From Thermoanaerobaculia bacterium (lineage in GTDB: Bacteria > Acidobacteriota > Thermoanaerobaculia > Multivoradales > UBA5704), in assembly GCA_044226625.1 (NCBI GenBank), contig JBGAGQ010000015.1, positions 1-64,000 of the forward strand: a stretch of DNA of 64,000 nt, given 5' to 3'. The notes beneath the pieces were generated by a model, which saw only the letters and a program-made list of their open reading frames with translations, did no database searches and was not told the origin of the DNA. Positions 46,021 to 55,161 of the stretch are shown here, one piece after another. Position numbers and translations under genes: made by a program. Numbering within the stretch: position 1 is the stretch's first letter; every line of letters begins with the position of its first letter.

Positions 46021-47916
46021 CTAGCGCTTGAGCTGTCCGTTGAGTTTCAGTCGGACGAGCTCGTCCGCGGAGAGCTTTCCGTAGCGGCGAACCGCCTCGC
46101 GGACGAAGGGTCCGTCAACCCCTTGGATCTTCAACTGAACCAGCTCGTCGGCGGAAAGATCGAGGCGGCCGTCGTAGCCGAGTCCTTGGACCCATGCGGC
46201 GGAAACCCCTTGGATCTTGAGCTGTACCAGCTGGTCGGCGGTCAGATCGCGATAGCCGGCGGCGTTGAGCTCGCGGACCCAGGGCGGCGAGACCCCCTGG
46301 ATCTTCATTTGGATCAGTTGGTCGACCGAGAGGCCCGGGAGGACGAGGCCGCGCAGGTCTCGGGCATAGTCGACCGTCACCCCCTGAATGCGCAATTGGG
46401 TGAGCTGGTCGAACGTCGTGTCCGTAAAACCCAGCGACCGGATTTCGCGTGCGAAAGCGGCCGAGACGTCGTGGATCGCCAACTCCATCTGTCGATCCGG
46501 ATCGACCGAGTAGCCGAGCGCGGTCATCTCCCGCAGATAGGCGGCGTCGGGCTGGAAGGTGAAGCTTCCGGAGCCCTTCGCTCCGGCGAAGCGCCCCGCG
46601 AAAAGGAAGGTCCCCGCCTCGCGCCGCAGCTCGAAGCGGACGTCGGTGCCGGCGGCTAGACCCACGAGATCTTTCGTCTCGTAGGTTTCGCGGACCTGCC
46701 ATAGGTGGCTTTCGCCGCCCGACTTCCAACGAACCGTGGTTTCGAGGTCGACCCGGTCGCCTCGGCGAGTCGCCGTCCAGTCTCCGTGCCTTGCTTTCGC
46801 CGTTCCGTAGCCGGAACCTCCGGCGGTCCCGTACGAGAGACGGGTGCCGCCGTCCCATTCGAGGGTCAAGCCGAGCGGCACGATCGAGAGCGCGAGCAGG
46901 CCGGCGAGCCAAGAGCGCCCCGCCGGACGGGTCGGCGCCCCCATCAGGCGGCGGACGCGATCGAGCAGCGACCCGCCATCGGCCGGCAGAGCGAACTGCG
47001 GTAGAGGAGCGCGCAGCCCTTCCAGATCCGCGAGCGCCCTGGCGTAGCGCAGCCGGTCGCCGCACACCGAGACCGCGAGGTCGTCGCAGCAATGCTCCCG
47101 CTCGGCGCGAACCTGGTTGGAAACCCACCAGACCGCGGGGTGAAAGAAGAGCAGCGTTTCGACCGCCGCCTGGAGCAGGTTCACCAGGGCGTCGTGCCGG
47201 CGAACGTGAGCCAGCTCGTGGGCCAGGATCGCCTCGAGCTGCCACGGCGACAGACCAGCGAGCGAGCTTGCGGGAACCAGAATGACCGGCTTGAGCCAGC
47301 CGATCACCGCCGGTACCGTGACGGCGCTCGATGCGAGCGGCCGCACCGCGCGGGAGACTCCGAGCCGGCGGGCCACATCGAGAACCCTCGCCGTGAGCTC
47401 CGGCGCGAGCGGACGGCCGCTTCCGGCCAGGCGTCGCACCTGGCGCCAGCCGCCGAGGTGAAAGAGCGCGAGCAGCGCGACGCCGGCGAGCCAGAAGCCG
47501 AAGATCCAAGGGAGACCGGGGGAGAGCGCGTCGCGCCAGGAGGTAAGGTCGAATCCGGGCGGCATTCCTTCGACGGCGGCCAGTCCGGAGAGCGCCTCGA
47601 CCTTGGAAAGCTCGGCGCCCAGAGGCTCGGCGGCGGGCGTCCCGGCCGTATCGGCTGCCGAGGCGATCGAGTCGATCGACACGGTCGAGCCCGCAATCCG
47701 GACTGCCGTCGCGACCGGCAGCGCCAACATCGCGAGGAGGGCGACCAAGGCGAGTGCGTAGCGCGCGGCGGCCGGTTGGAATCTCATGGAGCGAAGGGCA
47801 ACGGCGGCGGCGAGCCCGACCAGTGCTCCCTGCCAGAGGAAATGGAGGAGCGCCCAGGCGATCGCCTCGATCGTCGGCGCTGTGGCGAATGCGGGAAAGG
47901 TTGCGATACCGCTCAT
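46021..47916 (-). CDS. M56 (BlaR1/MecR1-like) metallopeptidase with C-terminal ~29-aa helical repeats
   Basis: LLHFLWQG, HELAHVRRHD, FFHPAVWW, EREHCCD; repeats of L.Q(L/M)(K/R)IQGV. Confidence 0.92.
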   Translation of the reverse strand: MSGIATFPAFATAPTIEAIAWALLHFLWQGALVGLAAAVALRSMRFQPAAARYALALVALLAMLALPVATAVRIAGSTVSIDSIASAADTAGTPAAEPLGAELSKVEALSGLAAVEGMPPGFDLTSWRDALSPGLPWIFGFWLAGVALLALFHLGGWRQVRRLAGSGRPLAPELTARVLDVARRLGVSRAVRPLASSAVTVPAVIGWLKPVILVPASSLAGLSPWQLEAILAHELAHVRRHDALVNLLQAAVETLLFFHPAVWWVSNQVRAEREHCCDDLAVSVCGDRLRYARALADLEGLRAPLPQFALPADGGSLLDRVRRLMGAPTRPAGRSWLAGLLALSIVPLGLTLEWDGGTRLSYGTAGGSGYGTAKARHGDWTATRRGDRVDLETTVRWKSGGESHLWQVRETYETKDLVGLAAGTDVRFELRREAGTFLFAGRFAGAKGSGSFTFQPDAAYLREMTALGYSVDPDRQMELAIHDVSAAFAREIRSLGFTDTTFDQLTQLRIQGVTVDYARDLRGLVLPGLSVDQLIQMKIQGVSPPWVRELNAAGYRDLTADQLVQLKIQGVSAAWVQGLGYDGRLDLSADELVQLKIQGVDGPFVREAVRRYGKLSADELVRLKLNGQLKR

Positions 47917-48296
47917 CGTTGCTCTCCTTCGAGCCGATCCAACAGCTCGCGAATTTCCGCTAGCTCCTCGGCAGACGAACGGCGGGAGGAAAGGGCGCGC
48001 AGGACCAGCCGGCTGGCCGAGCCGGCGAACGCTCGATCGAGAAGGTCCCCCACCAGCTGACTCTGCGTCTGCTCCTCCGGCAGCCGCGCCGCGAACAGGT
48101 GCGCCCGCTGCGATCCGTCGCGGGTCACGAGCCCCTTCTCGGCCATGATCTGAAGCTGTTTGAGCGTCGTGGTGTAGCCCGTCGGCGCAAGGAGCGCGAG
48201 CTGGTCGTTGACCTCTTTGACGGTGCTCGCGCCGCGGTGCCAGAGGACGCGTAAAATCGCCAGTTCGGCATCGGTAGGACGAGGGAGGTTGGGCAT
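47913..48296 (-). CDS. BlaI/MecI/CopY family transcriptional repressor
   Basis: PTDAELAILRVLW, YTTTLK.LQIM..KGLV; coupled to M56 gene. Confidence 0.95.
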   Translation of the reverse strand: MPNLPRPTDAELAILRVLWHRGASTVKEVNDQLALLAPTGYTTTLKQLQIMAEKGLVTRDGSQRAHLFAARLPEEQTQSQLVGDLLDRAFAGSASRLVLRALSSRRSSAEELAEIRELLDRLEGEQR

Positions 48297-48302
48297 GGAG
48301 AG

Positions 48303-48345
48303 ACGATATACGACGAGTTTCGTACTGTCAACGATGAGTTTCGTA
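48303..48345 (-). promoter_or_regulatory. sigma70 promoter of the blaI-like gene overlapped by two operator-like palindromes
   Basis: TTGACA (48331-48326), 17 nt, TATCGT (48308-48303), 6 nt, ATG; TACGA-N6-TCGTA at 48309-48324 and near copy at 48330-48345. Confidence 0.8.
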
Positions 48346-48463
48346 CATCGGCCTTCGGGGTGATCGCGCTGTCGCTCGATCGCGCCGGTCGTCCGGTTGA
48401 TCCGCGCCCGTCCGAACGCGCCCCGCGCGCGGGGAAGTTAGAAGGGAGGCCGGAAGCTAGAGC

Positions 48464-48712
48464 CTACTCGCGCTCCCGCCAGCAACCCCGCGCGGGCTTG
48501 CAGCGGTGTGGGTGGGCGATGCCGTCATCCGGGCCGATCGGTTCCATGGTCTTCAAGCACCAGTAGACGGCGGTCGAGGAACCGCCGGCCTGCCAGGGAT
48601 GATGGCCGACGAGATGGCCGAAGGCGGTCTTGGTGCGGAGGTTCGAGCAGACCTGCCGGTCGGCTTCTGCCAAGGAGGGCAGGTCAGGCTCGTCCATGAA
48701 TTCGCGGCTCAT
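48464..48712 (-). CDS. Small 82-aa four-Cys protein downstream of the molybdoenzyme operon
   Basis: C..LRTK, YWCLKT...GPD, C....R.C pattern; true start internal to the listed ORF. Confidence 0.65.
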   Translation of the reverse strand: MSREFMDEPDLPSLAEADRQVCSNLRTKTAFGHLVGHHPWQAGGSSTAVYWCLKTMEPIGPDDGIAHPHRCKPARGCWRERE

Positions 48713-48822
48713 GGTCGACGATCGTTCCACAGAGCGCTGGCGACGGCCTGGGGAAGGCCGCCCTTTGAGCGGAGGGCGACCGGGACGAGGCAAGGTCGAT
48801 CCAAGTCGTTTCCCCTGTGCCT

Positions 48823-49812
48823 TCAGGCCACTGCCGCGAGCAGAGCCCGACGGACGGCGGTTTCGAGGATCGGCAGCTTGTATGCGTTGTGGGCGAGCGG
48901 CTTCGCCCCCTCGATCGCGAGGGCCGCCGCCTTGCGTGCGGTCTCTTCGTTGAGCGGTTTGCCGACCAGCGCGGCTTCGGCGTTCTTCGCCCGCCATGGG
49001 ACCGGTGCCGCGGCGCCGAGGACGATCCGCGCTTCCTTGACGTTTCCTCCTTCGAGGTCGAGCCGCACGGCGGTCTCGGCGATCGGCCAATCGAAGGATT
49101 CCTTTTCGCCGATCTTCAGATACGCGGTTCGCGTCCCCGGGCCGAGAGGAGGAAGAAGGATGCGCACCAGAATTTCCCCTTCGGCGATCGAGTGCTCGCG
49201 CCGGATGTCCTCGTCGGGGCGGACGAACAGCTGTTCGATCGAGATCGTCCGCTGGCGCTTCGCTGCCGCAATTTCGAGCCGGGCGCCGATCGCCGCGAGG
49301 GCGGTTCCGATCGCCGACGGATGGACGATCGCGCAGACCCGGTTGCCGAACACGGCGTGATAGTCGTTTTCCCCCTCCTGCGCGAAGCAGTGCCCGCCCC
49401 CCTTCTTGAGGCAATGGAAGTCGGCGCTGCGGAAATACCAGCAACGAGGGCGTTGCAGGAGGTTGCCGCCCACGGTCGCCGCCTGGCGGACGTTCGGCGT
49501 GGCGGCGTGTCCTGCGGCGTCAGCGAGGGCGGGGTAGAGGGAGCGGACCTCTCGATTAGAGTCGAGCTGCGCGAGAGTCGCGAGCGCGCCGACCGCGAGG
49601 CCGCCGTCAGGCAAGCGCTCGATCCGGTCGAGACCGGGGACGGTCCGCAGGTTGACCAGACGCGACGGCGCGTCGAGCCCTTCCTTGAGACGGTCGATCA
49701 CGTCGACCCCGCCGGCCTTGAGCATCGCCTTGCCGGACGAATCGGGATCGAGCGCGGCGAGCGCCTCGTCGAGACTCTTCGGGTCGAGCCACTCGAAAGC
49801 AGAGATCGTCAT
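48823..49812 (-). CDS. Xanthine dehydrogenase family FAD-binding subunit (PaoB/YagS-like, with Cys insert)
   Basis: KAGGVD, ATVGGNLLQRPRCWYFR, C.KKGG..C, C.IVHPS. Confidence 0.93.
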   Translation of the reverse strand: MTISAFEWLDPKSLDEALAALDPDSSGKAMLKAGGVDVIDRLKEGLDAPSRLVNLRTVPGLDRIERLPDGGLAVGALATLAQLDSNREVRSLYPALADAAGHAATPNVRQAATVGGNLLQRPRCWYFRSADFHCLKKGGGHCFAQEGENDYHAVFGNRVCAIVHPSAIGTALAAIGARLEIAAAKRQRTISIEQLFVRPDEDIRREHSIAEGEILVRILLPPLGPGTRTAYLKIGEKESFDWPIAETAVRLDLEGGNVKEARIVLGAAAPVPWRAKNAEAALVGKPLNEETARKAAALAIEGAKPLAHNAYKLPILETAVRRALLAAVA

Positions 49813-52193
49813 CGAGCACCTCCGGCAGTGGGGACCTTGCCGAGCGCCGCGAGCACGCGCGCCGGGGACATCGGCAGCTCGCGCAGCCGGACGCCGAGTG
49901 CGTTGTAGACGGCGTTGGCGACCGCGGCGACGGTCGGAATCGTCGCCGGCTCGCCGATCCCTCCCGCGTCGGTCGAGCTGCGCGCGAGGTAGTTCTCTAC
50001 TAGATGAACCTCGATCTCCGGCGTCTCCATCGCGCCCAGGATCTTGTACTGCTCGAGGTTCGGATTGACCATCCGGCCGGTCGAGCGGTCGAGACGGCGG
50101 TTCTCGTAGAGCGCGTACGAGATCCCCTGGAGGATGCCGCCGTTCACCTGGCTCTCGATCGCGAGCGGATTGAGCGGTCGGCCGCAGTCGTGGACGGCGA
50201 CCACCCGCTCGACTCGGATCACTCCGGTCTCCGTGTCGACCGCCACCTGCGCGAACTGCACGCCGCCGAGGAAATCCATGCCCCGCTCGCCATACTCGGG
50301 GCTGCGCATGGCGGTCGCCGTGATCGCTTCGGTCGGCAGCCGGCCGGCGGCCTGGCGGAAGCTCAGCGTCCGCTCCGGAGAGGAGCGAAGGTGGATCTTC
50401 CCCTCGCGCAGGTCGACGCCTGCCGCCGGGACCCCGAGCGACTCGGCGACCGCGGCGACGAACCGGAGCTTCGCTTTGTAGGCCGCGTTGCGTACCGCGG
50501 GGGTGAGCGAACCGGTCGTCATGCTGCCGCCGGAGGGAGGGCCGGGAGGAAACCCCGTGTCGCCCACGCGGACCACGACGTCTTTCGCCTCGAGGCCCAG
50601 CTCTTCGGCGACCACCTGTGCGATCGCCGTCTTGATCCCGCCTCCGATGTCCTGGACCGCGGAGAGCGCCTCGACGGAGCCGTCCTGCGAGATGCGCACT
50701 TCGCAGCCGGAATCCATGCTGTTGAAGCGATACCAGACCGCCTGGGCGACGCCGATGCCGCGCCGGATGGGCCCCTCCGCCGGGTCGCGCCCGGGAGGAT
50801 GCCGCCGCGCCCAGCCGATCCGCTCCGCGCCGATCCGCCGCTCCTCGCGGCGCGCCGGGTGCTCGTCGTTCGCGTCCATGAGCGCCAGCGTGTCGAGGCC
50901 GAGTTTTTCGGCCAGCTCGTCGATCGACTGTTCGAGAGCGAAGCACCCCTGCGGATGCCCCGGGGCGCGGAACGCCGCGCCCGGACCGGCATGGGTGAAG
51001 ACGTCGCTCTCCTCGGTCCAGACCCGCGGGATGCGATAGAGCGCTTGCGCCGGACCGGCCGTGCCGGCCCCGGTGCCCACCCCCGCGGTGCCGTAACTTT
51101 CGAACCGGAGCGCTTGAAGCTTGCCGTCCCGGTTGCCGCCGAGGCGGACGCGCATCTTCGCGTCGGGGCGGTTGCCGGTCGAGAGGTGCTCTTCCTTCCG
51201 GTCGTAGAAGAGGCGGACCGGCGCGCCGGTCTTTTTCGACAGCGTCGCCGCCACGAGGCCGAACGTGCCGGCGCCGAACTTCGCGCCGAAACCGCCTCCC
51301 ATGTACTCGGTGAGGACGCGGACCTTGGCCTTGGGCAGGCCGAAGATCGCGGCGAGCTCGTCGCGGACGGAGAGCGTCCCCTGCGTCGAGGCGTAAACGG
51401 TAAGTCCGTCCTCGCGCCAGTCGGCGACCACGCCATGGGTCTCGAGCGCGGAGTGGGTCTGCACCTGCGTGCGGTAAGTCGCGTCGACCACGGCGTCGCA
51501 GGCCGCGAGCGCTTCGTCCGTCGCCTTCCCGTCCTCGGGTTTCGCGTCGCGCGAAAGCATCGGGCCGCGGACGTTGCCCACCTGGCGGACGTGGCCGCCC
51601 CCTCCGCCGCCCCCTTCCGATTCCTCCTGCGCGGCATCGGCGGGGAAGACGCGCGGCGCGTCCTCGCTCTTCGCTTCGTCGAGGTCGACGACGAATGGCA
51701 TCGGCTCGTACTCGACCATGATCTTCGCCGCCGCCTCGGCGGCCGCTACCGGGGTGATCGCGGCGACCGCGGCGACCGGCTGGCCAGCGAAGCGAACGAT
51801 CGGAAACTTCGAGGGGATCTCCTTCGACGGATCGGAAAGCTCGGCGTTGCCGAGCACCCGATCGAGAACGTGGACCGCGCGAACCCCGGGATGCCGCTCG
51901 GCCGCGGCCGTGTCGATCGAGAGGACCTTGGCGTGCGGGTGGGGTGAGACGACCATCCGCGCGTAGAGCATTCCGGGGAGCTGCACGTCGCTCGGGTAGC
52001 GCGCGGCGCCGCTCACCTTGGCACGGCCGTCGAGACGTGGCGTTGGGTGGCCGACCTGAGAAAGACCGGAGTTCTGAGGCCAAGCCGGCGGCTCGTCGGC
52101 GGGGACGTTTCGCTCGACCGAGGAGCTTCCTCCGACTCCTACCGAAAAGCGCTCTTTTCTGGTCGTGGTGGAGGTCGTCGAATCGGCGCTCAT
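49809..52193 (-). CDS. Xanthine dehydrogenase family molybdopterin-binding subunit (PaoC/YagR-like)
   Basis: RLDGRAKVSG, GGGFGAK, FRAPG, QDIGGG, GIGEP. Confidence 0.95.
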   Translation of the reverse strand: MSADSTTSTTTRKERFSVGVGGSSSVERNVPADEPPAWPQNSGLSQVGHPTPRLDGRAKVSGAARYPSDVQLPGMLYARMVVSPHPHAKVLSIDTAAAERHPGVRAVHVLDRVLGNAELSDPSKEIPSKFPIVRFAGQPVAAVAAITPVAAAEAAAKIMVEYEPMPFVVDLDEAKSEDAPRVFPADAAQEESEGGGGGGGHVRQVGNVRGPMLSRDAKPEDGKATDEALAACDAVVDATYRTQVQTHSALETHGVVADWREDGLTVYASTQGTLSVRDELAAIFGLPKAKVRVLTEYMGGGFGAKFGAGTFGLVAATLSKKTGAPVRLFYDRKEEHLSTGNRPDAKMRVRLGGNRDGKLQALRFESYGTAGVGTGAGTAGPAQALYRIPRVWTEESDVFTHAGPGAAFRAPGHPQGCFALEQSIDELAEKLGLDTLALMDANDEHPARREERRIGAERIGWARRHPPGRDPAEGPIRRGIGVAQAVWYRFNSMDSGCEVRISQDGSVEALSAVQDIGGGIKTAIAQVVAEELGLEAKDVVVRVGDTGFPPGPPSGGSMTTGSLTPAVRNAAYKAKLRFVAAVAESLGVPAAGVDLREGKIHLRSSPERTLSFRQAAGRLPTEAITATAMRSPEYGERGMDFLGGVQFAQVAVDTETGVIRVERVVAVHDCGRPLNPLAIESQVNGGILQGISYALYENRRLDRSTGRMVNPNLEQYKILGAMETPEIEVHLVENYLARSSTDAGGIGEPATIPTVAAVANAVYNALGVRLRELPMSPARVLAALGKVPTAGGAR

Positions 52194-52837
52194 GATCGAC
52201 CTTTCCCCTCGCGCTTCGAACGGGCGGCGTCGAGAGTCGCGGCGAAGACTTTCGGATAGGTGCCGCAGCGGCAGAGGTTGCCGCGCACGGCGTGCTTGAC
52301 GTCGGCGAGCGTCGGATTCGGGTTCCGTTCGAGCAGGGCGGCGCAGCTCATCACCATCCCCGGGGTGCAGTAGCCGCATTGGAGCGCGTCATGTTCGACG
52401 AATGCGGCCTGGACCGGATGGATCGAACCGGAGGGAGCGAGCCCCTCGATCGTCGTCACCTCGCGGCTCCCGATGTCGAGCGCGAAGGTCATGCACGAGT
52501 TGACCGGCGTGCCGTCGAGCCAGACCGTGCAGCCCGAGCAGGCGCCGCGGTCGCAGATCACCTTGGTCCCCGTGAGGTGGAGCCCGTCGCGCAGCACCTC
52601 GGCGAGCGTCGCGCGCGGCTCGACCTGGACCGAACGGACGGTGCCGTTCACCTTGATCGAGATCGGCACCGCCCCCGGGCCGCGGCTCGAAGCCTCGACG
52701 GACGCCGCGCGGGCGCCTTCGATCAGTCCGCTTTCGAGCAGCGCCGAGCCCGCGGCGGTGATCCCCGCGCCGCGCAGGAACGCGCGCCGCGACATGCCGC
52801 CGGCAGAGGGAGAATCGGAATCGTGAGCATCGGCCAT
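52190..52837 (-). CDS. 2Fe-2S subunit with Tat signal (PaoA/YagT-like)
   Basis: SRRAFL; CDRGACSGC, QCGYCTPG, CRC. Confidence 0.95.
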   Translation of the reverse strand: MADAHDSDSPSAGGMSRRAFLRGAGITAAGSALLESGLIEGARAASVEASSRGPGAVPISIKVNGTVRSVQVEPRATLAEVLRDGLHLTGTKVICDRGACSGCTVWLDGTPVNSCMTFALDIGSREVTTIEGLAPSGSIHPVQAAFVEHDALQCGYCTPGMVMSCAALLERNPNPTLADVKHAVRGNLCRCGTYPKVFAATLDAARSKREGKGRS

Positions 52838-52942
52838 CGGCGGGCTCCTCGTCGAGTTCGCGGACGAATACGCTGAACTACGCGGAGGATGGCGCGGAGT
52901 TGCGGAAAGCGCAAGACGGTTGGCGCTGGCGAGGCCGGACTT

Positions 52943-53476
52943 TCAGGCGTCGAGAACCCGGTGCCAGAGCTTTGCCGCATGAGGAGGGAGGTGCGCCAAT
53001 TGGACCTCGACTTCGGCGATCAGGCGGGAGCGGTCGCCTTCCTGATCGAGGAGTTGCTGCACGTCCCAGCCATCCTGGCCTCCACCGGCGTAGAGCTTCA
53101 AAAGGATCAAGTCGGCCGCTCGCACCACGGGAAGAAGCCCATCGGGCGAATCGTGGAGGGCGACCCGGTCGAGGATGTCCTTCTGCCATCTGTGCTTTCC
53201 GACGACCAAGTCAACTGGAATTTCGCCGGGGCTCACGAAACGTACGATCCCAGCGAGTGGATCGGAGAAGTCCCCTTTCCGGATCTCGAGGGCCGCACCT
53301 TGCTCGGCGAGCCTCGTCCATCTGTCGGGCCGTAAGCACGAGGCCTCGACGGTGAACAGGTCGTGGTCGTGAGTGGCGCGATTGACGCCATGGACCGAGA
53401 GCGCTCCGGCACCGATCAAGGCGAAAGGTACCTGTCCTTCGGAGAGGACTTGCGCGACCCTCGCAAGCAGCGTCAC
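52943..53476 (-). CDS. Pol-beta superfamily nucleotidyltransferase (AbiEii/DUF6036-like)
   Basis: IGAGAL..HG..RAT.D.D, VDL, LILLKL.A...QD..D. Confidence 0.75.
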   Translation of the reverse strand: MTLLARVAQVLSEGQVPFALIGAGALSVHGVNRATHDHDLFTVEASCLRPDRWTRLAEQGAALEIRKGDFSDPLAGIVRFVSPGEIPVDLVVGKHRWQKDILDRVALHDSPDGLLPVVRAADLILLKLYAGGGQDGWDVQQLLDQEGDRSRLIAEVEVQLAHLPPHAAKLWHRVLDA

Positions 53477-53481
53477 GAGCC

Positions 53482-53703
53482 TTACCCGATGATCTCAGAC
53501 ATGCATTTCGAAGGGATGCGGCTCGCTTGGCGTCGGCGTTCGAGAATACGGATCGCCGTCGCTCGATCAAGGCCGTTGGCCATCCGGAAACGCTCGATCC
53601 CTTCCTCTCCGAGACGGAGCGACCGGGCGATCCGCTCCCCGAGGGAAAGCTTGAGGGTTTCGGCGCGCTGTTCGGCGCGAAGGTCGTCGGCCACGGATCG
53701 CAT
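53482..53703 (-). CDS. Small helical protein, 73 aa, putative partner/antitoxin of the nucleotidyltransferase
   Basis: ATG 53703 with TAGAAT 8 nt upstream; ends 5 nt before NTase start. Confidence 0.65.
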   Translation of the reverse strand: MRSVADDLRAEQRAETLKLSLGERIARSLRLGEEGIERFRMANGLDRATAIRILERRRQASRIPSKCMSEIIG

Positions 53704-53735
53704 GGCCCTGGATTCTATTCGCCTTCCCGCGAGGT

Positions 53736-54680
53736 CTAGAACTCTCCGACGAACGAGATCTCCGGCGTCAGGCGATAGCCGGTCTCGCGCTCGACGATCT
53801 CTTGGGCGTGGGCGATCAGGGCGCGCACGTCGGAGGCGGTGGCGCCTCCCGTGTTGACGAAGATGTTGGCGTGGCGCGGCGAAATCAGAGCGCCGCCGAT
53901 GCGGTAGCCCTTGAGGCCGCATTGGTCGATCAGGCGGCCGGCGCCGATTCCTTCGATCTTCTGGAAGATCGAGCCGGCGGATGGCTCGGTGTCGAGCGGC
54001 GGATGCTTCTCGGCCCTCCACGCCAGGTTCTCCTGTGCGACACGGCGCAGGTCCGCGGGATCGGCGGGGGAGAGGGCGAAGGACGCGGAGAGCACGACGT
54101 CCCTTCGACGATGGAGGATCGAGGTGTCGTAGCCGAACTCGAAGTAGGAAGCCGGAACGGTCTTCCTCACACCCTCGACGGTGAGGATCTCCGCCTCCTC
54201 CGTCACCTCGGCGATGAACATCGTCCGCTCGCGCGCCGGGGCGGGGGAGAGGAAATGGAGGTTCTGCCAGAGCGCGCCGCCCACCGTCGACGGGATGCCG
54301 ACGTAGTGCTCGAGCCCGGCGAGGCCCGCGGCGATCGCCGCCTCGATCAAGTCGGGAAAGACCAGAGCGCCGCTCTCGGCCCGCAAGCGGCCGGTGCCTG
54401 GATCGATCGACAGGTTGCGCGCCTGGTTGCGGATCACCAGACCGCGGAAGCCGCGGTCCCCGACGAGGATGTTCGCGCCGCAGCCGAGCAGGTACCAGGG
54501 GACACCCGTTTCGGTTGCCGCGAGGATCGCCGCCGCGAGCTCGTTCGCGCTTTCGGGCTCGTAGAAGAGGTCGGCCGGTCCGCCGATGCGAAACGTGGTG
54601 AACGGCGAGAGGGGTACGTCGAACCGAACGCGTGGCCCGAGCGCGCGGGCGAGCCGCTCGATGGCGGTACCGTCACTCAT
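53736..54680 (-). CDS. murB: UDP-N-acetylenolpyruvoylglucosamine reductase
   Basis: TTFRIGGPA, LG.G.NILV, GIP.TVGGA, SAGSIF, HAN.FVN, PEI. Confidence 0.93.
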   Translation of the reverse strand: MSDGTAIERLARALGPRVRFDVPLSPFTTFRIGGPADLFYEPESANELAAAILAATETGVPWYLLGCGANILVGDRGFRGLVIRNQARNLSIDPGTGRLRAESGALVFPDLIEAAIAAGLAGLEHYVGIPSTVGGALWQNLHFLSPAPARERTMFIAEVTEEAEILTVEGVRKTVPASYFEFGYDTSILHRRRDVVLSASFALSPADPADLRRVAQENLAWRAEKHPPLDTEPSAGSIFQKIEGIGAGRLIDQCGLKGYRIGGALISPRHANIFVNTGGATASDVRALIAHAQEIVERETGYRLTPEISFVGEF

Positions 54681-55101
54681 CGAGCATCGCGATCCGCCGG
54701 GCGTGCCGACCTCCTTCGAACGGCGTGTCGAGGAAGATCCGGACGATCTCGAGCGCCAATTCGAGCGGGATCATCCGCTCGCCGATCGAGAGCACGTTCG
54801 CGTCGTTGTGCTCGCGCCCGAGGCGGGCGGTTTCGAGCGACCAGCAGAGGGCGCAGCGAGCGCCTTTGACGCGATTCGCCGCCATCGCTTCGCCGTTTCC
54901 CGAGCCGCCGAGGACGATTCCCCGATCGGCGTCGCCGCGCACGACGGCCTCGGCGACCGGCCGGCAGAAACGTGGGTAGTCGACCGATTCGGTCGAGTCG
55001 GTGCCGAAGTCCTCGACCTCGTGGCCGAGCGACGAGAGCAAGGTCTTGATCTCTTCTTTGTAGCGAAACCCGGCGTGGTCCGAGCCGATGGCGATGCGCA
55101 T
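54673..55101 (-). CDS. rpiB: Ribose-5-phosphate isomerase B
   Basis: GSDHAG, DYP, GGSGNGE, HNDAN, FEGGRH. Confidence 0.95.
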   Translation of the reverse strand: MRIAIGSDHAGFRYKEEIKTLLSSLGHEVEDFGTDSTESVDYPRFCRPVAEAVVRGDADRGIVLGGSGNGEAMAANRVKGARCALCWSLETARLGREHNDANVLSIGERMIPLELALEIVRIFLDTPFEGGRHARRIAMLDE

Positions 55102-55161
55102 GGAAATACCGCTCCTCGAGGTTACGGGCCGATCAGGGCCGAATTGTACAATCGCGCCGCC

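Noticed and set aside
48823-52083. 1086-aa apparent fusion ending in the FAD subunit
   Set aside because: Upstream part is an off-frame overlap of the Mo subunit; real start is ATG 49812 overlapping the upstream stop
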